Shown: positions 1-11,739 of the stretch, in pieces | Layout of the letters: every line of letters starts with the position of its first letter | Numbering within the stretch: position 1 is the stretch's first letter | NCBI RefSeq assembly: GCF_032191835.1 | Contig: NC_083230.1 | Coordinates: 79,360,001 to 79,424,000, forward strand | Length of the DNA: 64,000 nt | Source of the DNA: Heteronotia binoei | Taxonomy: Eukaryota | Direction: 5' to 3' | Translations under genes and position numbers: made by a program | The notes under the pieces: model-generated | Databases searched by the model: none | Seen by the model: the letters and a program-made list of their open reading frames with translations, nothing else | What the model was told of the DNA's origin: nothing

Positions 1-767
1 AGGACATTGGACAATCTTTGATAATGATTAAGGTTTTTTAAAATAAGAAGATAACTGTTGGGGGTTTTTTTCTTTAATAGTTAAGTGTACCTTTAATATT
101 TGTTTCCTTTAAGTAAATAACACTGGCGGGGGTCAAGCAACGGCGAGAGGGGAGGGGGAAAAGTAAGATATGGGGTGGAGAGTTTTTTCATTCATTTTAA
201 GTTTTCATAAATTGTAGAGATAGTTTTGCTACCATATGTTACTAATAAAAATTGTTTATTACAAAAAAAAAAAAAACTTAGCCAAACATGCCCATCTCGT
301 CTCCTATGTCTTTTACTTTTCCCACCTTGCCCCAGCCCCCTGTATCCCCCGCACACTCTGCTCATGGCCGTCCCAAGGGCATGGCTCTGTGGCCGGGGGG
401 ACTCTCAGGACACCCATTTAGTGCAATTGTGTGGAGATGCAGTGGGCAATAATGGGGGAGGGTGGGGGCTGATAGGCAGCGAGTGTATGGTCCACTAAGA
501 TCCTTAAAGAGCAAGCCTAAGGACACTTTCCTGGGAGTAAGCCCTATTGAATAGACCATAGCAGAATTCAGAGTAGACCTGTTTAGGATTGCTGTCTTAG
601 ATCCTTTTCACACATACTACTGCCAAGACAAGTCTCCCTCATCCTATAATTATGCACTGAATCCTTCCTACCTAAATGAAGACCTTTACACATTTATCCC
701 TGTTAAAATTCATTTTATTGGTTTTAGCCCAGTTTTCCAGTTTGTCAAGTTCATCCTGTATCCTGCC

Positions 768-932
768 CAGTGTTCCCTCTAAGCTGAATTAATGTGAGCT
801 AGATCACAGATTTTTAGCCTCTGGCTCACACATTTTTGTGAAAAAATGGCCCCAGAGCAAACTAATTTAATGCCAGTAGCTCACAAAGTAGGATTTTTGC
901 TCAAGAAACTCCACAGCTTAGAGGGAGTATTG
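768..932. mobile_element. hAT-type MITE (CAGTGTTCCCTCTAAGCTG family), copy 1
   Basis: TIR cagtgttccctctaagctg / cagcttagagggagtattg. Flanks atcctgcc / atcttgac (6/8 TSD match). Confidence 0.8.
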
Positions 933-1162
933 ATCTTGACTCTGTCTTGTACCGTATTTGCTAACTACCCTTCCCAATTTAGTATCATCTGCAAATCTAA
1001 TAAGCATTTCCTCTATTCCTTCATCCAAATCATTTATAAAGATATTAAACAAAATGGGTCCCAGGACAGATCCTTAAGGCACTCTAGTTGTCACTCCTCT
1101 CAAATAGGAGGAGGTACCATTCACAAGCACTATTTGGGTGCAATCCATGAACCCATTACAGA

Positions 1163-2028
1163 CGGGGACAGCCCTAGAACCTTTGGTGTCCTCGGCAGAA
1201 CTCCATTCTGTCCTATGGGCCCATAAGATTGAATGGACACACATAGGATAGAATGGGGGCGGCGGGGAGAAAGCCCCTGCCTCCATGCCTCTCAAGAGAC
1301 TCCCAAGAGGAGCAGGGGTGGGGAAGAGCCCCTGCCTCTGACCCTTTTGGCAGGTGCAGAGGGGGGGACGATAGATCTGGATAGAGCCAAGGCTGGAAAC
1401 ACAGGAGGAGAAAGCCCAGCCACCCCACAACTCTGAGGCAGTCCCGGGAGGCATGGGGGGGACAGATCCTCCTCCTATGTTTCCTGCCTCAGCTGGAAAA
1501 ACAGGAAGAAAGCCCAGCCACCCTGCCCCTCTGGGGCAGTTCTGGGAGGCATGGGGGGGGATAGATCTTCCTCCTGTGTTTCTAGCCTCGGCTGGAAAAA
1601 CAGGAAGAAGATCTATTTCCACCACCCCCCATGCCTCCTAGGACTGCCCCAGAGGCACAGGGTGGCTGGGCTTTCCTCTGGGGCAGTCCTGGGAGGCATC
1701 GGAAGGGGAGCTCTTCCTGAATTTCCAGCCTCAATTGGAAACACAGGAGGAAAGCTGCGCTCCACTGCCCACACACTCCCCCCCCCCCCGCAGGGTGTGT
1801 GGCAAAGTAGGGCGGGGAGGGCACCAGGGCAGCTGGCTTTGCACAGGCTGGCTGGTTTTGCCTCCCTTCCAATTCCAGAAGGGGAGGTGAAGCAAAGTTA
1901 GCAGGTCAGTGTGCAAACTGGGGCATTTGCCTAGGGCACTGGGAGTGGGGGGAGAACCCAATTCAGTGCCCCTCCCTTCCAGCACCCTAGGCAAATGTCT
2001 AATCTGCCTAGTGGCAGGGCTGGCCCTG
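1163..2028. mobile_element. hAT-type MITE (CAGGGC-TIR family) with internal tandem and palindromic ~95-bp units
   Basis: Ends cggggacagccc / gggctggccctg. Flanks attacaga / gttacaga (7/8). Repeated units gggggatagatc...aaagcccagccacc...gggaggcatg occur in both orientations. Confidence 0.7.
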
Positions 2029-2175
2029 GTTACAGATCCACCTAACAGTAACAGGACCCAAGTCACATTTTACCAACTTTTCAATAAGAACAGTTTGTGG
2101 AACCTTATCAAAACCTTTACTAAAATCAAGATAAACTACGTCTACAGCATTCCCCTGATCCAGCAAGGTAGTAGC

Positions 2176-2505
2176 CAGGGCCAAATTAAACCCTGTGGAG
2201 GCCCCTAGGCAGTCAAAATCTCGGGGGGCCCCTCGTAAATTATCTCATAGTTGGAGCATCCGCACCTGCAGGCACCTTTGACAAAGCTGTGGGGGAGAGC
2301 AGAGAGCGGCAAACTTGGCGATGCTGCCAGAAGCAGTCGCACCAGGCGAGTCAGACAAAGAATGGCTCAGTTGCTGGCTGTGCGTGCAGGCTGGCAGGGC
2401 TACAAGCAGGGGGGAAACCAGGTGGGGGGAGCCATCCTGGGGCCCCTGAAGGTGTGGAGGCCCATAGGCCAGTGCCTACTTGGCCTAATTGTTAATCCGG
2501 CCCTG
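2176..2505. mobile_element. hAT-type MITE (CAGGGC-TIR family)
   Basis: TIR cagggccaaattaa / ttaatccggccctg. Flanks gtagtagc / gtagtgac (6/8). Confidence 0.75.
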
Positions 2506-3716
2506 GTAGTGACTTCCTCAAAATAAGGAGATAACATTAGTCTGACATAATTTGTTCTTAAGAAAGCCATGCTGGCTTTTAGATCTGGAACAGAGGTTGC
2601 TAACTACAAACATGGGGGAGTAGGAATAGAAACAAGTTAATGACTGAAATGAAATGGATGTTGTTTTCCCCATATTCCTGAAGGACCAAATACTATTTTA
2701 TTAGGACTTTTAGGAAATTACTGTCCTGCACTACAAAGAAGTATGGTTTTGGAGAGTTTTACAGTAGCAAAGATTATTACTGTTCATAGTTGGAAGGGCA
2801 TTAAACATTTAAAACTTAAAGCATGCACAAACTGTGGCAATAGCTAAATCATAAAAAAAACCCTGCCCAACAAAAATAGAAATAGTCTAACAGAGACTGG
2901 AGACTGAAGAAACCATCCTTTTTTTAAAAGCTGGCAATCCATTTCTGAATTCTGGAATGCTGGCTGCTTCCACACCAAGGTGGTTGGTGGTTAGGTTACT
3001 GATGCAAGTGTATGTGAAATCAGCCCTCCGATGGAGATTCTAGATGGCAGAGGATAATCCATTTATCTCCATTGTTAGCCATAGTTCCCCTTTCACACCT
3101 GATGTACACTGAATCTCACACACACCCCGCACACACATACATTGTGTTCTCAGGTGACCCTCAAGATTCTTCACTTACCCCGTGTGTGTGTGTGTGTGTG
3201 TATGTTGGTTTGTTTTTGAGGAGCATAGATAACACTGCATAGGAATAATGCAATACCTTGGAAGGAGAGTAGGCCGCAAGGGGTGGTGCACTACCTGACT
3301 GTATAGACCAGGATGGGCAGTTCATGGTGCTGAGAAAGCTTAGGGAGGAGTGCTATCTTGGCCAAGAGGAGGTGTGCTGGTCTAATCAGAAGAAAGGAGT
3401 TCAGATCAGTCGCAACATCTTTCCTTGAGAAATGACAACAAGAGAGCTTCTTCAGGTGGCTGAAGTCCCACTGATGAATTACTGATTAATGATCTGATGG
3501 TCAGATACTGGGCGTGGTGAAGCTTCTCACTGAGAAAGTCATTTTATTCCAGTTTGGATGATGAAATTAGGCATTGTCTTGCTCTTTTGTTGTGGTAATA
3601 CCCAAAAACAGTTTACTGATTTAATGCAAGACAAGGAGAAGTGAAGCGGGTACTGAAACTGGGAGTGGCGGGGGGGGGGGGGGGGGGATGAACCAAAATG
3701 AAAGCAGCTTTTCAAC

Positions 3717-3909
3717 CAATGTTCCATCCAAGATGAGTTAGTGTAAGCTAGCTCAGTTTTTTTAGCCTCCAGCTCACACATTTTTGTCTTAGCTCAAGAA
3801 AAATGCCCCCTGAGCAAACTAATTTATGCAGTAGCTCACAACTTTAATGCCAGTAGCTCACAAAGTAGGATTTTTGCTCACAAGACTCCACAGCTTAAAG
3901 GGAGCATTG
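3717..3909. mobile_element. hAT-type MITE, same family as 768-932
   Basis: Shares internal sequence with 768-932 (gagcaaactaattta...gccagtagctcacaaagtaggatttttgctc). Flanks ttttcaac / tttgcaac (7/8). Confidence 0.8.
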
Positions 3910-4104
3910 TTTGCAACAGTGGCTTTTAGGAAACTGAAGAAAATATTCCCTTAAACTCCCTCCTTCAGTGTTGCTGGCACAAAAATCTACAATGCACTTC
4001 TATTGAGTTCACCTCCAATTGCTAGTATAGAAGCTTCTCATGAATACATATTGTGTCTCTGCTTCTCTTTACATTTTTCAATTATAATGAAATGTGGTCT
4101 TTGT

Positions 4105-4634
4105 TAAGAACATAAGAGAAGCCATGTTGGATCAGGCGAACGGCCCATCCAGTCCAACACTCTGTGTCACACAGTGGCAAAAAAATTTATATATATACAC
4201 ACACACTGTGGCTAATAGCCACTGGTGGACCTGTGCTCCATATTTTTATCTAAACCCCTCTTGAAGGTGGCTATACTTGTGGCCGCCACCACCTCCTGTG
4301 GCAGTGAATTCCACATGTTAATCACCCTTTGGGTGAAGAAGTACTTCCTTTTATCCGTTTTAACCTGTCTGCTCAGCAATTTCATCGAATGCCCACGAGT
4401 TCTTGTATTGTGAGAAAGGGAGAAAAGTACTTCTTTCTCTACTTTCTCCATCCCATGCATTATCTTGTAAACCTCTATCATGTCACCCCGCAGTTTCTCC
4501 AAGCTAAAGAGTCCCAAGCGTTTCAACCTTTCTTCATAGGGAAAGTGCTCCAGCCCTTTAATCATTCTAGTTGCCCTTCTCTGGACTTTCTCCAATGCTA
4601 TAATATCCTTTTTGAGGTGTGGCGACCAGAACTG
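4105..4634 (-). mobile_element. CR1 LINE 3' end
   Basis: ORF 4212-4670(-) reads QFWSPHLKKDIIALEKVQRRATRMIKGLE...LGLFSLEK...INMWNSLPQEVV, typical of the CR1 ORF2 C-terminus. Terminal taagaacataaga tail. Confidence 0.92.
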
Positions 4635-4639
4635 TTTCT

Positions 4640-4960
4640 TCCCTTTTTGGATTATTTGCTGCCCAGACACTGGGACCCCTGCCTTGGGAATCAGACCTTC
4701 CCTACACGACTATATAGTTTTAGCCAGCTTACTCTTTATATGCGCTGGACCTCTTACCTTCCACCTTGTGTGGAGTTACATGTTTTGAGTGACTGGCCCT
4801 TGATATGGGCTTCTAGAACTGAATATTATTGTATTCTTCTATTATTTTGAGTGCTTGAGATTATTAATTTCTCAGCCCAGATATTTGTATCAAAATAAAA
4901 GATCCTGATTGCTGCCTTCAAGAAGTCCTCAAACAAAGTGATGAGATATCTCCACACGTC
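4640..4960 (+). mobile_element. Possible LTR 3' fragment
   Basis: LTR-like layout with AATAAA near 4894 followed by a short U5-like tract. No TSD or partner LTR seen. Confidence 0.3.
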
Positions 4961-5035
4961 TGGAAGGTATACAGAGAATCTGGATAGAGTGTAATCAGAA
5001 ATAAAGGTTATTGGGAAAATTCTGTGCTATTGCCC

Positions 5036-5559
5036 CAGGGCTGGCTCACCCACTAGGCAAACTAGGCGGTTGCATAGGGCACTGGGAGGTAGGGCAACTA
5101 ATTGGGCTCCCCCCCCCCCCGGTACCCAAGACAAATGCCTAAATTTGCCTCTCTCCCCACCTCCGCCACTGCCACCTCCAGACCCTTCCCTTCCGCCACA
5201 CCACGCTCCACCTGCCCCCCCCCCCCCGCACAATCAGAGGAGCACGCCACGACGAGGCTCAGCCCTACCAGCTTCGAGGCAGCCAGCATCTGAGCATTCT
5301 TTGAAAAGAGAGCTGGAGGAGGCTTTGCTCCCCCCTCACTTCCGGTTCCGGAAAGGAGGGAGAGAAGCCTCCTCCAGAGCTCTCTTCAAAAAATGCTCAG
5401 ATGCCGGCCGCCTTGAAGCTGGTAGGGCCGAGCCTCATTGCGGCACACTCCTCTGATCAATCGGGTGGGGGGAGATGATGGAGTGCGGCACTGTGGAGGG
5501 AAGGAGGGCGATGGGCAGGGAGTCTGCCTGGGATGCCATGCACCCTAGGACTGGTACTG
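5036..5559. mobile_element. CAGGGC-TIR MITE with long internal hairpin
   Basis: Starts cagggctggctc...ctaggcaaactagg. Internal inverted repeat ~5258-5434 (gctcagccctaccagcttc...gaagctggtagggccgagc). Right end approximate. Confidence 0.6.
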
Positions 5560-5885
5560 ACCCCCCTTGTTGGCAAGCACGAGGCAAGACTGAAAGAGAG
5601 GAAGTCAGCTGACCAAGGCTGGCTCCTCCCCAACAGGAATCCTGCTGTTCTGTTCTTCCTCCTTCCAGCTGGGCAAAGACAGCCCTCCTGCAGCAGTCTG
5701 AGTCAAGCTGCAGGTAAGGGACAGAAAACTACTTCAAATCAAGGATGTTGCCCAAAGAAAGCATGTTCAATTACTGTGAAGTTCAGCAGTAATATTGGCA
5801 AAAGGGGATGAATTCAGTTGTTGTCACAGATTCCTTTCTGCTGCTCCATGAATATAGCACCTTAGCATCCTAATTCACAAAATTA

Positions 5886-6700
5886 AACAGTGATCCAGTG
5901 GCATCTTAAAAATTATATATATTACAGCATATGCTTTCATGAGTCAGATTTTTTTTCATTAAATGCACAAAGCTTACATTCACCAAGCAGATACATTTAA
6001 ACTTAAAGATCAAGCAACAGAATGGCAGGAGAGGGAAGATGTTATGAAGAAAGGTCAATCAAACAATATGTAAGATCAAAGAGTAATTAATCCACTGATA
6101 ATGGGTGTGGGCCACTCCCACTGACAGATAAGCAAAGTGAGATTGTCATCAGATCTAATCCAGGAAAATAAAATACAGGAAGCCAATCCAAGTAGGAAAG
6201 TGTAGAGAGCAAATAGAGATTCCACTGAATGAATTAACATATGTAAAGGGTTATGCTAAGATATTGACACTTACAGTGAGTGTGAAATCCAAAATTCCTA
6301 TTCATACATGCAAGTGAAATAGCACTGATCTTCTTTATGAATCTTAATCTAGCATTTTCATGCTGGATTATTCCTTTTAACTTTTTTGTATGGCAACAAG
6401 GATTCTTAGATCAGCAACAGAATACCTTGGAAGATTAAAGTGTTCACCCTCTGTTTTATTAATATTGCAATATATGATGGATATGTATCCATATATTCTT
6501 TTGTTTTGAGACTGAACCATTTGTCAAAAGTAAAGAACCAAAGGTATGACACATGATGGCATATATCACATTGGAGAATGAGCCTGGAATAGCACAGTTG
6601 ATGTTATTAGGTCCTGTTATTGTGCAGCTTAAGTGTACATGGTGACAAATTGGCATCTTAATTTCCTGCAGGATCTGGCTCCTAAGTGGGTGTCTCTGTC
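5886..6700 (-). mobile_element. Penelope-like element 3' fragment (GIY-YIG endonuclease plus pLTR tail with decayed hammerhead)
   Basis: Minus-strand TITGPNNINCAIPGSFSNVIYAIMC resembles vertebrate PLE endonucleases, followed by FKGIIQHENARLRFIKK. The tail ctgactcatgaaagc...ttaagatgccactgga resembles the PLE pLTR end. Confidence 0.75.
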
Positions 6701-6848
6701 AGGTGGGCCATCCTACATTCTCTCAGGTTCTACTCTCAGATCCTACATACTATGCTCACACAAAACAGAAAATTCCTGATGCTGCTCAGGCCTCAAGGGC
6801 CTGCTCAGATTATCACAATTTATATCTGCTTTGACCTCAATCAAAAGG

Positions 6849-7282
6849 CAGGGCCGGCGCATGGGAGTAGGCCAAGTAGGCTGCTGCCATGGGCGCCACT
6901 TGGCCTAGGGGTGCCATGAGGTGCTCCCTCTCCCTGCGCCCACTGCCCTCCATTTCCCCTGCTGCCATCTGCCTCCCCGAGCCCACCTCTGCCAGCTTTC
7001 CTACCCTACCCTAACCCACTTCTGCCCGCCTCCCCACGCACCTGCCTCCCTGCGGCTGCCTCCGCCCAGCTGCCTCCACCCACCTCCCTGCACCCGAAGA
7101 CACTTCCCATGCTCAGGCTGGCTCGCCCCTGCTTCAAAGGGAGCTGGCAGGCTCCCTTTGAAGCAGGGGAGGGCCAGGCTGAGCACTCACACACGCAGCC
7201 TGATGACATCACTTCTGGCAAGATACTGGGCGGGGGAACAGACCTCAGCCTAGGGGCGTCAGAACCCCTAGTGCCGTGCCTG
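6849..7282. mobile_element. hAT-type MITE (CAGGGC-TIR family) with perfect TSD
   Basis: TIR cagggccggcgc / gtgccgtgcctg. Identical 8-bp flanks TCAAAAGG at 6841-6848 and 7283-7290. Internal hairpin ~7112-7186. Confidence 0.88.
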
Positions 7283-7339
7283 TCAAAAGGACTCCTGTCC
7301 CATGGGACATTTTAAAAAAACTGTTCAGAACCTTTCGTT

Positions 7340-7460
7340 AATTAGTTTTGGGGGTAAGTTCAAAGTGCTAGTCATTATCTATAAAGTCCTACATGGCCTG
7401 AGACCCACATATCTACAGGACAGCCTCTCCCATTATGTCCCATACCACAGAGTTTGGGGT
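7340..7460 (+). mobile_element. L2 LINE 3' fragment
   Basis: FKVLVIIYKVLHGLRPTYLQDSLS, typical of the L2 ORF2 C-terminus. Confidence 0.55.
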
Positions 7461-7703
7461 GAATCCTAGACCATTGCAACAACATGATGAAATCACTTCC
7501 AGTTTAATATAAGAAGTGACATCATGTGTCAGCATGATGCAAATCATCCCCACACCACCTCGCCAAGCAGCAGAAAGTGGGGGTCTAGGCAGGGAGGTCT
7601 TCTTATGGGACACCCAGGCTTTAAAAACTGAACAGATGATATACAAACTCAGCCAGATGTTACTCAGCTGATGCTAGCTTGCTACCAGGGGCAGGCCAAG
7701 CTA

Positions 7704-7975
7704 GAGAGCCAGTTTGGTGTAGTGGTTAAGTGCATGAACTCTTATCTTGGAGAACCGGGTTTGATTCCCCACTCCTCCACTTGCACCTGCTGGAATGGCC
7801 TTGGGTTAGCCGTAGCTATCGCAGAGGTTGTCCTTCAAAGGACAGCTGCTGTGAGAGCTCTCTCAGCCCCACCACCTCACAGGGTGTCTGTTGTGGGAGG
7901 AGAAGGAGATTGTAAGCCACTCTGAGTCTCTGATTCAGAGAGAAGGGTAGTGTATAAATCTGCAATTCTTCTTAT
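7704..7975 (+). mobile_element. tRNA-derived squamate SINE (Squam3-like)
   Basis: Head gagagccagtttggtgtagtggttaag with box B-like ggtttgattccc and tail gagaaggg...tataaatc. A second copy lies at 16133-16390(-). Confidence 0.75.
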
Positions 7976-8304
7976 TCAATTCTACCAGGGTATTCCTAAC
8001 TTCCTTCTGTTATACACCTTCCATTTTCCTTGGGTTCCTTTTCCCAGTTTACATGCTAATTTTGATCCACCTTGAGTCTTTTTATTTTTAGAAAGACTGA
8101 CACTAAATGCTGTAAAAAAATTAATGTGAGGTTTGTAGCTTTCTAGATAGGATATTTAAAAGAGAGATAGACCTGAGAGTTGCAGTTCATCACTTTGTAT
8201 GTAATCTGCTAGACTGCCCTGGTTTGCTCATTTCTCCCTCATTCTCTCTTCCACTGTTTCCTACAAACACATTTGAAGCTCATAGGCTAATTAGCAGAGT
8301 AGAG

Positions 8305-9824
8305 TAGGGTGGCTAGATGTCCTCTTCTTAGAGAACAAATCCTCTTTTTTGATGACTGTCCTCTCTTGGCCTCTTTTTTTTTAATTGATTAAAATATCTT
8401 CTCTCTTTTTGCCAGAAGGCTGAGCCTATTTTGCCCTACAGTCCTGCAGAAGAGTGACGCTTCAGTTTTGGTGGATGTTGTAAAATGTTTTGACCAGTTA
8501 TGTAACATGAAGACTTTTGTTCAAAGTGCTTAAACAGACAAAAATTTCAAAAAATGGGCCAGTTATTGACTAGCAGGTTAAAATCTTTCAAAAGGGCTAC
8601 AATTCTGAGTTGCTTAAAATAGCACATTTTTTCTTCTGCAGTCCAGGACATAATGCAAAGGTTGAGAGAATATTTTATTTAATGAACACCCAGTGGATAG
8701 ATAAAAGGAACAGATTTTCAGTTGAAGCGATAAATAGTGTTCTATTACTGCAATACAATCTACATGACTATTCATGCCTTCAGTCATACAAATGCCTACT
8801 TGAACAATCAACTCTGCTTAGGGAGATAAAATCTTCCAACAAGTATTCAGGTGCCACTTCATCAAAGGTATACAGGTACTAGTGTTGTAAACAACAAAAT
8901 GTGTAGTGATAGGGATGGGTACAAACTGGGAAAATGCCATTCAGTTCGTTGTTTGTTTAAACAGGGTTTACAGAAACAGTTTAAATGGGATTTGCAGAAT
9001 GACCAAAAAAACAGCTAAGCAGCAGAGAGCAGCTTCCTCCCCAGCACTCAGCTGTTTTGGGCTGTCTTGGGCAGTTCCTACTCTGACATATTTATTGCTC
9101 CACTGGAGCAATAAAATTTATTGCTCCACTGCAGAACAGCTCAAAAAACAGCTCAAAAAACATCTGCACAGTGGGGAGGCTCTCCTTGCCACGCAGCTCT
9201 TTCAGGCTGTCTTTTGCAGTCCTTTTAAAGTTTAAAGGGACTGCACAAGGCTGCAGGAAAAACAGTTGAGAGGCAGGGAGCACCTCCCCACCTCTCAGCT
9301 GTTTTTTCAGCTTTCATGGGGATCAAAAACCAGGGTTTAAAGGGACTGGAGTCTCTTTAAAACTCCACTTTCTACTCCATCCACAAACTTCCACACTCTA
9401 AACTTTCATGGAAGTTCATGATGGTGAACTCATCACAAACTTCTGTTCATTAACTGTGATCAACACAAAATTCATCATGAATTTGGCTTCATATTTCAAT
9501 TTGTGCCCACCCCATATGATAGGTAAATTCGTATTTTGAGGGGGGGGAGGCATTTATTTTGTTATTTGCTTAGTGTTTTATTTCTTTTCTACTTTAATGT
9601 AAACTTGCCATTTCAGTAAAAATAAGCAGTTATGTATATACATTTATAATAAATAGTTGTGTGTGTGTGTGTGTATGTAAGCCCATCCCATCCACAATGG
9701 CTGGGTGACTTCTGCAGCCCTGTTTCATTTGCCAGCAAGAAATTCTTGTCTGCACAGCTGAGGGGGGGAAATCTTATTGGTGAACAATGTCCTCTTTTTT
9801 CACTTGCAAAATCTGTTTACCCTA
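8305..9824 (+). mobile_element. hAT DNA transposon deletion derivative retaining the transposase C-terminus
   Basis: TIR tagggtggctagat / atctgtttacccta. Flanks gagtagag / gagtaggg (7/8). ORF 8610-8882 NAKVERIFYLMNTQWIDKRNRF resembles the hAT dimerisation domain. Confidence 0.8.
8910..9514. mobile_element. MITE nested inside the hAT derivative
   Basis: Ends tagggatgggtacaaa / tttgtgcccacccca. Internal cagct-rich inverted segments. Confidence 0.55.
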
Positions 9825-10120
9825 GAGTAGGGTTATGTGTGATGTTCAAAATATACCTCTATTATGTTTCAACAAAACTACTGCTAACAAAGCAACAAAA
9901 GAAAAATGCTACCGTTAATAAGACTATGAGTACTTGACAGGGTAATGGCTGACAAATAAAATGAAACACTTGACAGAACAATAATGGAAAAGTGTACAGA
10001 AGCAAAGTGGCTACATACAGCAGTGTAGAACTCATACAGCAGAAGAAAATGGGATAAAAAGTGTGATCTGGGCTGACAATAGCTGGTGTCTTCTAGAAAT
10101 CCCACTCCTCAGCTAGTAGT

Positions 10121-10648
10121 TTCATTTTATTTTATTGGATTTATATCCTGCCCTCCCCATAACCAGCTCAGGGCAGCTAACAATCAATAAAACACAACAC
10201 AGAATATAAAACATAAACAATCAAAAACGTGCTATATCATAAAAGAACAATTAAAATTACACAAAGATTCAGATATGACAGTCATGATGTTGATACATTA
10301 ATGTTGTTACAGTAATATTGGCCAAGATTGTCAGTTGTTCAAAAACTTGACAGCTATCTCTCATTAGTTATTGAATGCAAGGTGGAAAAGTTTGGTCTTA
10401 CAAGCTCTGCGGAACTGTGAAAGGTCCCTCTGGGCTCTGATGTTTTCTGGTAGTGCATTCCACCATGTGGGAGCTGCCACATAGAAAGCCCTGGCCTTGG
10501 TGGTAGGAAGCCGGGCTTCCTTCAGCCTGTGGATTGTTAGAAGATTTTGAGATCCTGAGTGCAGTGCTCTCTGGGGCACATGTGGGGCAAGACGGTCCTG
10601 AAGGTAGACAGGTCCCAGACCATAAAGGGCTTTAAAGGTTAACAACAT
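10121..10648 (-). mobile_element. L2 LINE 3' end
   Basis: ORF 10364-10648(-) LLTFKALYGLGPVYLQDRL...FRRACKTKLFHLAFN, plus an (atttt)n-type tail. Confidence 0.88.
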
Positions 10649-11739
10649 AAGTATTTATGTAGAAATAAAACTCTTCATAGCATTGCTAAACCAAAGAAAG
10701 TACTTTGTACTCCCTGAGCCACACTCTTCAATTTAGCAGACTTTGGGGGCTTTTTATGTAAGGCCCCCATGTACCTCTGCAAAGGACACACTGAGAAAAA
10801 GATGTGCCTCATAATCCTTCACCCCCAATTCTTTCACAGTACAAGCGCCAGCTTTGTTTGGCCCAGGATTGGCCAGAGTGAGGTCTGGAAGTGTACAGTA
10901 TAAACTAAGATGGAGTAGGACTAAACAAAATGGTTCTGGTAGCAAAAGGACAAGTTTGGCTTGTTATTTTGGGAGGTGGCTGTAGAGCATCTCCAGGCTA
11001 CAGATTTCCCCCCCATCTAAAACAAAAGAGGTATTTCTATCTATTGTGGAGCCCACAGGAAAGCAGGAATCACTACTTCTCACAAAAGTCCAACACCTTC
11101 GGGTCCTCCCTTCCTAATCCTGTCACCTTAATTAATGGTCCATTCCAACAAATGGGTAACCTTTTCTCTCCAGCAATGTAGGACCATCAGCAAACATTAG
11201 TATTCTAATCTCCTTGGACAAATTATATTAAAAAACATTAACAGTTCATGCTTACACCCAGAAACCCATCCTCTCACACAGATGTAGTTATGGCAACCTC
11301 TTTGTCTTTTCCTGTGAGCCCTATCAGCATTCCCCAGCATTTCACTACCAGTCAGGGGTCATTTCATAGCAGCCACACACCCCTGACCAATCCTCCAAGA
11401 GCTTACAGGGCTCTTTTTTGCAAGCTCTTGGAGGATTGGCTACACCAGGGGTGTGTGACCTAATATGCAAAGGAGTTCCTGCTACAAAATGATGCCTGCA
11501 ACCAGTTAATCTCATCAGGACATTATTATAGTGGGCAGGTACATCAGTATGCCCCCAGGTAACATTTTAGCCTATATCTAAACTAGCACTTCCCACTGTG
11601 GGTGTGTCTTGTCTTGTCCTGCTACAGACTTGCACCCCCAAACTGTTTGGGCCACTTTCCATATTCATATCCTCTGCTTCATGAACTCCTGGACATCTGA
11701 ATGGTAACTATATTTTCCCCAAATCCCTGCCATATCCCT

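Larger units (their letters stand above)
549..2580 (-). mobile_element. Degenerate CR1 LINE RT fragment, split by three MITE insertions
   Basis: Minus strand gives CR1 RT motifs (ADDTKLG near 1000; QGSVLGP-like near 1060; DVVYLDFSKxFDKVP near 2090-2150). The sequence resumes on the far side of each MITE. Confidence 0.8.

Noticed and set aside
1340-1760. CRISPR-like array of palindromic repeats
   Set aside because: Vertebrate context. The units are adjacent, ~95 bp, divergent, in both orientations, have no unique spacers and lie inside a TSD-bounded MITE.
3240-3520. Possible pseudogene fragment in unique-looking sequence
   Set aside because: All frames I translated have stops and no recognisable motif.
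5886-5990. Functional hammerhead ribozyme in the Penelope tail
   Set aside because: The catalytic core CTGATGA is mutated (ttaatga...) and stem II is degenerate. The motif at 46984-47016 also lacks GAAA and stem I pairing.
7704-7775. tRNA gene
   Set aside because: tRNA-like head of a multi-copy SINE; no complete cloverleaf.
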